From assembly GCA_035084275.1 (NCBI GenBank), contig CM068756.1:14818001-14882000 (forward strand): a DNA stretch of 64,000 nucleotides, written 5' to 3'. Origin of the DNA: Hydrolagus colliei (lineage: Eukaryota). The number at the start of each line of letters is the position of its first letter. The first letter of the stretch is position 1. The notes beneath the pieces were generated by a model. That model saw only the letters and a list, made by a program, of their open reading frames with translations. It was not told where the DNA came from and did no database searches. Positions 48,911 through 59,185 of the stretch are shown in pieces. A program made the translations under genes and the position numbers.

Positions 48911-49493
48911 GCAATGTAATTACAATAGTTATATTTAAGAAAGTTAGCAGATGCGTACAAACATTTTTTCACAATTAAGTATGGTTATATAGGTATGGTG
49001 AGCAATAATTTCCAATAATTTTCCTGAACACATATTATTTAAAAATCTAATAAATGCAGTTATGTTTGAAATGGGTGGAAAGAGCAATGCAGCACGAGAC
49101 TAACATGGCACATCATTTGGTAAATTTAAAAACTACATCTAATATACACCACTATCAGTTTCTGTGCCTGTTACATTACTTGGATCTTGGTTCCCTAGAG
49201 ATAGCAGCTGCTCCTTCTCTATAATTTCACACATGGATTTTTGCATACTCTGTATTCTTAACAGTACTTTTAGGTTTTCCTGGTTTTTTTGGAGGGATGT
49301 AAATCCAGAACAGTGTACATCACATTGTTCCCAGCTGTTCTTTGATTGGTCTGAAAAGGCAAAGTTTGACAATTTCATCAATTTATTTTACTTCAGTTTT
49401 CAAAAATCTACTTTGACATTTGTCAATTATTATCTGCAGCATGGCATGCCCCATACTTCCTTTGATAAAGACACTGCTCCTCACAGAACTGAG

Positions 49494-52400
49494 CTAAACA
49501 GAATCTACTAGCCACAATTCCATTCCATATTGGATCAGTTGCGCATCAACAGCAAACTTGTGCTGGGAGAGAAAAGTGAAAATCCACCAGGTAAGCAATT
49601 GTTCAAATAATCTGGACTAGAAGTGTTTTTGTTTTGCTAAAGAATGGTGGATTGCCACAGTCATTTCATAGCCCAGGTCAGAGTCAGATAGAGAAAGGAT
49701 CAGGGGAGAAAGGAATATTAACCACATAAATATACAAACTAGATTATGATAAACATTGAAGTGAGATCCACTATATAAAATGTAGCAGGTACTAGTCCGA
49801 GACATACCTGGGCATATATAACCGTCTCATCTTGTTTTTTAGGTGTTGGAGTTTTATTGCGATTCAAATCCATTTTGGCGTAAGTCACCAACTCATTCCC
49901 TGCTCCCTGCAGTGTCTATAAAACAGAATGTGGTACAGTGTTGCCATCACTGGTCTGGAGATTCCTTGATAAGCATTGATCAAAATGCTATCAAGAATCA
50001 GTTTAAAATATTCAACATATAGCTTCCAGATATTGTATCAGTGAGAATCATCCAGTGTAGCAGTTGTTCGATGATCTACAGAAATATGTGATGTGCGTTT
50101 CTATATATGGGTGATGTCCCAGTGCCTCATAGATTAACAGACACAATAACTAGTCATACAAAAAAACTATGTAACTTTTCAGTGGCAGATTGTCAGCAGC
50201 ATATAACAGTACAAGATTAACCACAAAAATGTACAAACCATCTTACAGAGAATACTGAATTGAGTTCCATGCTTTACTGAAACAAAATAAATAATTTGAT
50301 AGAAAAGTTTTCTGTTTTCATTTTGTGTTTCTCAGATATACCTGGACATACACAGTCCTTTCTTCTTGCCTTTTAGATTTTGAACTTTTCTTGCAACTAG
50401 TCAAATTCAATGTGACATAAGCCACTGGTTCATTCTCTGCTCCGTGCTTTGCCTATCAAACAGAATGTAATCACAACAATAAAAATACATTACATTTCGG
50501 TAGCAACTTTGAGGTCTCAATGAAGTCCTAAAGTGCTGATAGATTATTGTCTCTACCATTCTGTAAATTGTTCTGTAAGGGCTAATCAGAAAGCCTATGA
50601 GAATAAATATTTTCACCAAAGTTCATAATTTTACCAAATATTTTATAAGCAGAGTATTATTGGGTAATCAGTTATCAATTCCATGAAACTGGGTACCTCA
50701 TTTTAAATAATACACTGAGTCCACACGGATGTACATAATGAATATAGTTAAAGTGGTCTCATTTCTTAATGATGAACAATATCTTTCCAGTACAAGAATT
50801 CTGTTTTCAGGAGAAATATCTGCTGAAATGAATTTTAACAATGTACCTGTTCTTCATCATGACCCAACATGTTCTGGTTTCTGCGGGAACCTTAGAAGGA
50901 AATTCAAAAAATTAAATATTCACTTAAGTTTATGTAAATATTTTTAAATATATTTTGGTTAGGCCAAATAAAAAGTGATTCTCAGGCCACAAACTGCCAG
51001 AGCCTGGGTCTAAAAACTTAATTGTCATCCAGCACAAAATTGTCTTTCTAATGTGCATGAATAATTTTAACTTCTTTACACAACGCCCGCTTCCTACCTA
51101 ACTTCTCTTATTCCTTCTTGCACTGCTGCCCAGTGCTCTCTGGAACACCATTCCCAAGTGCTTCAGATTAACTCTTTCACACGCATGCTTCAAATTGTTG
51201 ATGGAATAACTGAGAGAATAGGTAATTTGTAGTATTTAAAATAAAACAATAGCGGTAATGCTAAGATGCAAAATCGTTAATTAGACCACAATTAGAATAA
51301 TGTGTCCAGGATTCTTAACCTTGGTGTGCCCTATGAGCAGATACTTTCACCTTGGAATATAGAAGATGGTGTGGTGACTCACTAGAGGACTAAAATTATG
51401 AGGGTTTTGATAGCACCAATGGAGACTTTATTTCCAATAGTAGGATTCAGTAACAAGAAGATAGCAGTAGAATGGGAAATTTGGAGATAAGGATTTTTTT
51501 TCTTTACATCAAGAGTAGACAGAGTATTTAGGATATCCAACACCCTGTTGGTGTGATCGTTGTGGTATAATGCACATTCACTTTCATAAGAGTACAGTAC
51601 TCAAAGAAGTAAGCTATAACTTTTCAAATGCAAAGGTAATGGTGCAAAGCAGGTAAATTGGGATTGAAAGCATTGCTGAAATAAAGCAGCCCAAACACAA
51701 TGAATTTCTTGTATGCTGTAAATTTTTATGGTTCTAACCAGCTCCATGTACCTATTTGTCTTTCGTTTCAGGGATCTTTCCTGTCCCCACATCCATTTTA
51801 TACCACAAGATTCATTGCCATTCCATTTATGAAGTGCCATTAATTTGGAGTTTTCCACAAGGCATGAATAACACTATACATGCTTCTCTATTCCCTATGT
51901 TGAATATTCCCCTATTCCTTGTTTCCCAATAAAAATAATAACAATACTCATGGTTATAGCATTTTTTGCGTCTTCTAGACAACTCAAATTGCTTCACAGA
52001 ATATACTGTGAAGTACCAGTATATTTGTGGGCGAAAAGCAGCAGCCAACTGTGCACAGCGATGTCCCACAAACGGTCGAGGTTTGAGTGACCAACTTATA
52101 ATTTGTTTTTATTTCAAGGAAAATTATCCCAGAAACGTAATCCGTCATTCAACTGACAACCAGGTTTCTATTTAGGTTTCTATTTCCCACTCTCTCCTGC
52201 TCCATGCCTGGCTATTGACAATAGAATGTAAACGTCTTTGTCACGGGTGAATGGGACGTCAATTATTTCAAGAACGAACACTAGGGGCTGAAGGACATTC
52301 TCTGCAGTTCAATCTCAACAGATTTTCGACACGGGTTGTATGGAAATATCTGATTACATGTTCGACTAAATGATTACAGGGTGAGTTTTTATGAGGACAT

Positions 52401-55400
52401 TTGCATTTTGCAATCAATCGCAACGCACAAATCATTTGTGTAACTTGAAAGGATAATAATAATTCTTGCATTTGATACCGGTCAGTTTCTTTTTGACTGT
52501 CACCTGTAGTCCATGAAACAAATTATTCTATTCAACTAAACATTGACAAATAACTTACATTAAAGAGCAATACATCTTACCTTTCCGTTGGTATAATTGC
52601 CATTGTTTCCCAATAATGATCAAAAGCAACAGTAATATCAGCCCTTCAACTACACATCCAGCGATCAGTTGACGGCCAATCACTACAAGAATAGCATAAA
52701 CTGAACGTGTTACTGACTCCAGCAATGAGGTACACTTTCATTTTGGAGGTTACCAAACAATGAAAATGTAACACCCAATTTGAAGGAAGTATTTATAATA
52801 TAATAACAACAAAACAGGACATACCACGTTAAAATGTGTACATTTGATGCCTTCAGTTCTGATTGAGCAGAGTCTCAGTATTGGAATATTGTTAAAGACA
52901 ATTTAAGAGACGAAGGAGTAAATTCAAAGAGGGACATGTAAAGTTGAATGTTATTGCACAAATATTTCAATGCAGTATTTTGCTAGAAAATGATATGATT
53001 ATAATTGTCTGTGTAAGTACATGTAACTAAACTTTGGGTAGCAATTTAGTTTTCAACAATTGTGTTTGGGAACATAACAGCATATAAATAAATTTAAATA
53101 CAATTTCCAGCAATGAGGTGTTTAACAAACACTGAAAGGCAGCAAGAGAAGTAGGCATCCTACCATCCAACCCTGTGTTGGATTCAGAAACGGTGTAACT
53201 GGCAACCTCTGGATTCCGAAGGCTGACATGAGATGCCAGACAGGTATAAACAACCCCGCTCTCCAAAGGCTGTATCACTTCCATAGAGCTGGAAACTTCA
53301 TGAAGCCCATTGGAATTCTTGTCGTTCTTGAAATGAATCCCAGTTTTAACTTCATTGGCATCTTCAAACCACGTGAGCATTAAATCCCCTGGGAAAATTG
53401 CAGCTGGTTTACACACAAGAGTCTGAGAATTCGATGAATCTCTTTCAGAGTCTCTGCGGACTATCTTCAGCGACCTCGGGGGGACTGTCGGACAGAGAGC
53501 AGAGCAGAATCTTATACTTGTCATCAGTTGGAATATAAAACTTTATTCTAATTTGAATTGCATATTAACTATTTCCTTGGCACATTATAAAATGGAATCT
53601 GGATTCTAAAGGCACGAATGTGATTTTGCCGCTTTGAAAGTGTTGTTGCATTTGTTGGGAAAAATGTGTTCAGTTTAGGAGATACATGTAGAGTCACCTT
53701 CGAGGGGCTAAAGAAGATAGGGGTACATCATCTTAACATTGTGTCTCACATGATGTTAAACCGTTCTTATTACATTGAATATTGTGAAGTTGTGAAATCC
53801 AATCCCACGACTGGCTTTAGATGCAGAATTAAGTGGAATATACTAAAGGGAGACAGAATATATTTGTAAACAGTTTGGAGAGAGGTGAAGAAACTGGAAA
53901 AAGCTCTGCCACCATTCCAGGGCGACTACAACCCGCATTTATATAGTGCCCTTCACGTGAGATGGTAACGTTAGATCCAGATTTAAATAGAGATTTCACC
54001 ATCAATAGAGAAATAAGCAAAATGTCCCCATTCACACCAACATTAATTTTCTTCCATTGTATTTCTCTACATTTGAAAAGATTTCAATTGATTTACAAAA
54101 GATAAAACAGATTTATTCGAAACCATTTTGTGGCTGTTTGTGGGACATTGTTGCGAGTGAAATGTTCAAGTTTTGTAAAGTGTTAATTTTTATCTTTCGT
54201 ATAACAATAATTATCCTTATTTTTGATATAGTATCTTAGACATTGTTAAGGTATCTCAACTCGTAGCACATAATATACTATGAACAGGGTTGATTGTGTA
54301 CATGTGGGCAAAATTCAGAGAAAATATGTAAATCAGTCGTTTATCATTGCCTGCACAATATGTGAAAGATGAGTATTCATCGCCACAATATTAATGCTTA
54401 TCTTCGAGGTATTCACGGTGAGAGAACCGCCTCAAAGCATTTAATTTGATTCACTGTAAAGTATGGTGAGTTTGCATTTCTGTATGAGATCAGAACTCGG
54501 TAGCCAGTTTTCCAAACAGCAATGTACCACCAAACAGTCATGAAGTGAATAAGCAAATTTAACTGGAGGACTCATTAGCCAGAACACACCGAGGAAGAAT
54601 TTCTCTTTTGCTTTTGATTAGTACCGCAGGATCTTTAATATTCACCTGAACAAGCAAAGGGGACCCGAGTTTAACGTCTCCCCCAGTGTGGAAGCCACGG
54701 AGCGCTCCCCAGCATCGCAGTGAATTGGGAGCAATCCGAGATAATCGGAATAAATGCCATCAAGATATAATAAAATATCAGATCGATTAATAATAAAAAG
54801 AGGAATCCTTGTTGATATAGCACTGATCACCTCTCTATAAATATAGATTTACTCTATATATGTGGGATAAATCCAGCAGCCAATTTCACGCATCAGTGTA
54901 AACAAACAGTCGTGGATTGAAATGACCGATTTAGTGTTGTTTTTATTTGCCGAATTATTAACTAGGCGTGTGGAGGAAGGAAACTTGTCCAAAGTTTTGC
55001 GCTGCCTGGAGCTGAACCCATGGCACTCGCTTCTAAGGCGAATACTCTAGCCACTGAGTTACAGGACTCCAGACTATAGTTCTAGTCACGGTGGTATGGA
55101 GGGACAGACATGTTTGAAAACTTGTATAACGCAATGATGGAGCAACTCATCTTCCCGCTGTGTTCCGTTAGATAAATTTTCCAGCTCAAATCAGTGCAAT
55201 AACAGAGGGCAAAACTTAATAATTTACTCATATTGATTCCAAAATGCAACCCTGCATCACATTTGAACATTCTATGGTTCTAATATATTAACACTTACCT
55301 TGTACAATTAACTCTGATCCAGCTCCATTTCCTGCTACTTTCCCCTTACGGAACACAGCACAGACATAGACTCCTGAGTCGTTCAAAGTCACATTTAGCA

Positions 55401-55722
55401 GCTGGAATGTATTGGAATCGAATACTTTCCTGTGAGCGGGTATTTTATGTAAGTATTCACCCTCATCTTGTTTCCACCATTGAAATGTCAAAGCTGAACT
55501 TTGTTGATCATTCCCAATCTCGCAGGTGAATTGAACCTTTTCACCTTGCAGGAGACAAAGGTGGGAGAAAGTTAGCAGGAAAGAAAGACGGAAGTATTCA
55601 CTGTACACATCTTGAAACTCCTTATCTATATTGTTTTGCATTGAAACTGTGCTGTAGTAAAATGACAGACCTGTGGCTACAATCCCCATTAGAGAAAGAT
55701 AGAGGATCACATCACTGGCCAT
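49494..55722 (-). CDS. Receptor gene C: divergent VJ-C1-TM receptor with ITIM-type tail; V-exon start uncertain
   Basis: L 55722-55671, V (55544 or further upstream)-55299, C1 53484-53164, TM 52682-52581, linker 50890-50847, X 50452-50342 (VAYVTL; TVYVQ), Y 49915-49808 (108 nt; VTYAKM; VIYAQ), candidate last exon 49562-49494. Confidence 0.7.
52581..52682 (-). CDS. Gene C transmembrane exon (VIGRQLIAGCVVEGLILLLLLIIIGKQWQLYQRK)
   Basis: ttcttgtag| acceptor, G|gtaag donor. Confidence 0.85.
53164..53484 (-). CDS. Gene C Ig C1-set exon
   Basis: LVCKPAAIFPGDLMLTWFED...YTCLASHVSL; 321 nt, open. Confidence 0.9.
54590..54730 (-). mobile_element. Deu-domain SINE fragment
   Basis: GGATCTTTAATATTCACCTG..GGGACCCGAGTTTAACGTC is the reverse complement of the Deu core. 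Confidence 0.6.
55299..55544 (-). CDS. Gene C Ig V-set exon core (strands B-G) with J-like end
   Basis: GEKVQFTC..FQWWK..FQLLNVTLNDSGVYVC..AGNGAGSELIVQ, G|gtaagt donor. Confidence 0.88.
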
Positions 55723-55799
55723 CAATGTGAGCAGTTGTTGAGCCTCACACTGCACCAGTTACTGCAGCAAACGTTTGCTGATGGTTTAATATGAAAGAT

Positions 55800-55830
55800 T
55801 TTGTAGTGTGGTTTGACTTCCTGTTTCCGT
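55800..55830 (-). promoter_or_regulatory. Adjacent RUNX and ETS motifs upstream of the gene C ATG
   Basis: TGTGGTT 55807-55813 and ACTTCCTG 55816-55823, ~90 bp upstream of the ATG. Confidence 0.5.
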
Positions 55831-56526
55831 GATTCAGAGACGGGTTGGATGCGATTCGCAAAGAAAGTTGTGCAACTGCAGAAAATTGAATCACTCCTCA
55901 GATCGGCAGGAAAGAAGAGGGTGAAATATTACTATTGACCGTGTTTGTTTCTCATATTGCAGTATTTCTTACGTTTCATGGAAAACATTCACGTTTATAA
56001 TAACAACAACAAAATTACACTTGGAACACGCCTTTCATGTTAGGAGGAGTAGTTAGTTATATGATAATAACGCTGACACACTGTGCTAAGGAAACGACGT
56101 TCTATTCAGTGCAATAATAATAATAATAATAATACTACAGACAAACCCCGCTTAACATCGCAGTATTGTTCTTGCTGAGCGCGATTCGAAGCTCAACCAT
56201 GTTAAGCGAATACATTTTTCTCATAAGAAGGAAAATGTAAAAACTGGAGTAAGATTCTTTGGGACATTTTTCGTCAACATTTTACTCTCTCCCTTCCCGG
56301 CTCATTCATTCGCTGCCTGACTGCCTGAGCGGCTCACTCAATGGCTGCCGCCTGGCTCTCTCTCTCGCTGGCGGCCTGGCTCACTCCCCAGGTCCCAGTG
56401 GAATCTGACAAATTTTGTGAAAGGACAAGGAGTGCATGGAATGATCTTCAATGCAAACTCTAAAATTGGATTAATTTAAAGTTATGAGTAAATGTATAAC
56501 ATTTCATCTGGAAGCTGTGCAGTTCA

Positions 56527-58775
56527 CAAGGCCGTACGCAGGGGGGGTGCGACGGGTGCGTACGCACCCCCCCAAATTATAAAAGATCCACATTTTCCGG
56601 GGTAGAGAATTGCATTTTTTTAATCAAATTTAAATACCAAGTAAATTTATTGAACATTTGTGCAACAATCAGTTCTTCAAAACTATGTATAAATTATAAA
56701 CACACATCTTTGAATGTTTTAGTATTAATATAAAATTATCGAGTCGCACACCAGAATCGGCGTCTACCCAAAACATACCGCGTCGATAGACCAGTCCATG
56801 ACGCGGCGAGTCTGTGACTCGTGATTGGATAAACATAGGCGCCAAGACTCAAATCCATCCTCGTTTGGAAATCATCCCGTAAACAGCCACAAGGGTAGCA
56901 CCAATTCTGGAGTTAAAATCATCTTTTTATCTGATCACCGTAAGTAAAAATTACTCAAGTTTTGAGAGGTGTGACTGTAATGCTAGCAAACAATGACAAC
57001 GTATTTACAAGCTTCTGAGAAATTAAAGCTTTTGAGAACCCAACAAGAAAGTTATATGTGTCTGGACGGGAATGCCTATCTTTTAAAAAAATACTCATGG
57101 ACGTAGGCCTAGGCTTTAGCGCCTATGTCTACATGGTGTGTCAATCGGAAATCATCCCGTATACAGTCACTACATAAAAAGGTAGCACCACTTTGTGGAA
57201 GCTGAAATCGTATTTTAATCTGATCAATGTAAGTAAAAATGACTTAAGTTTTGATAGGCGTGTTTCTGAAATATCATGTTTCTTGTTTTGTCTTGATTAT
57301 CACATTTGATTTATATTATTAAAGATGTATTCCTGTCATTAAAAATTGCTTTTAGAGACGTCCACTGGCATGCAAAAAACATATGACCACAAAGATAAAC
57401 AGTGCGACTTTATTTCACATTCAGTTTTGTACCCAGAGTGAAAAAACATCAATGTCGCACGAATTTGGCATAAAAATAGTTTCACCGTCATCCGATCGAG
57501 CGAACTCGGGCATTGACAACCACACTTCTCCACTGATCCCTTCTCTCCATGCAGCCTGAACACTCCCGCCTGCCAATACCCCAATCGCGCTCCAGAGTAT
57601 CGATGTAGGTTAGGGTCGGTCTACCTCGTGTTCTGTGACCGTGCAATGGTTCCCATAGGATAGTAGCACTGTGGACAGTTTCCTCCCGGCTTCTCCAGCT
57701 ATGTCCGCTAAACCTAAGACGCCTCTGCAGTAATGTCTGTGATACCAGTGTGGTAGTGTACCATATAGCTCACTATTTGTCAGATGCTGTCGCCAGTAAA
57801 CGTTCAGGGCGTCTCTTAGAAGCCTGGTATATACCTCACGAGTCACCTAATCTCCTGGGTTTGCCTAAGTGTCCAGCATTCTGCTCCGTATAGGAGCGAC
57901 TTTCAGCCCTCGCGTTAATGCACATTCATTATAATATGGAAATCGATATTGGTAGAGCGGTTGACGTATTCGCTTCAAAGCGACCGAGGCGTCTCGAATA
58001 CGGAACGCTATTAAAGAATTAATTTCCCCTCCCTTATTTTTTCAAGTATTTTTTCGTCAGATCAGTATTGCTTGATGGGTCACTGCCTTTAATTTTGATT
58101 ATAAATAAATAAATAAAAACTAACTACACTATTGCTCACAGTTCAACGATATTTTCAGGATAATGCTGATAACAGGCTTGTAACACGTGTGAATTAACTG
58201 TTTGACACTGATTTTCAGTTTCTGTATATTTTCTTGTCTTTTATAAAATTTGCTTTGCTGGAATATCTGAGCACATAATTCATACTTTACTCTTACATTA
58301 TTGTTCATTACAGTCCGAAAGAAATTTAGTCTTAGGATAACAATGCAGAACAACTTATTAATTACCGTCAATCTGTAGTTTATGATCATTTTCTCTATAC
58401 GCATACATTTATCAAGCATTCGTCATTGTACTGTGTTAATCGGATTGTAATGTACTTTATCGTTCGCATTCCTTACATCATCGAGTCAACAATCGTGTTT
58501 GCTTTTATCGGCGAACACATTCGACCTTCCCAATTAGACACGGACTACCGGGGAAAATAAAAACACTGAATAAATAATGATGCTCTTAAACACCAAGGGC
58601 ATGAAACATTTACCGTTCATATTGGATCTTCTGAACCGATTAAATAAGACCTCAAACTGTGTAAAACGTCGGAGCCTCGAGGGGGCTTCGGGGGCAGCCC
58701 GCAAGCCCCCGGCCATTGTTGGTCCCATCACTAGCAATTCGCACCCCCCCAAAAAAAATCCTGCGTACGGCCCTG
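56527..58775 (-). mobile_element. Same TIR transposon family, copy 2 (different middle; retains the natural RTE stop)
   Basis: Same TIRs; ends shared with copies 1 and 3; unique ~57226-57604 segment continues the RTE frame TYIDTLERD..RDQWRSVVV..G*. Confidence 0.9.
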
Positions 58776-58779
58776 TTCA

Positions 58780-59000
58780 TGCCTGAATGATTCTATGAAA
58801 GACAAAAGTCACTGTGTGTGATCTGGCTGTGATGGGCTGTAACATGCGAATGTGGATCATTTGGTGTATTAGGCGGTCGTTGTGACACAGACTTCCTGTT
58901 CCTTTGCGTTACTGAAATTGTAGCTGGTGTGTTACGTGCAATGTGAAACCACACGTCAGTGAAAATAACAACTCATCCTATTAATAGCAGAGAAAAGGCT
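58780..59000 (-). promoter_or_regulatory. Relic receptor-family promoter cassette between transposon copies 2 and 3
   Basis: ACTTCCTG 58891-58898, AACCACA 58947-58953; colinear with 9420-9620. Confidence 0.55.
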
Positions 59001-59185
59001 GAACACCTAATTAAACATAACAATCACTGATGGTCTGATGCTTAACGGAAATGTTGTATTCACTGTTTCACTCAACACCAACAACAACAACAACTTTGAT
59101 GTATATCGCGCTCTCCACGCCGCACGGCGTCTCAGAGGCTTTAACAGCTTTCACGGCTCACCGACCGATGGTGGTGTGAGTGGAC

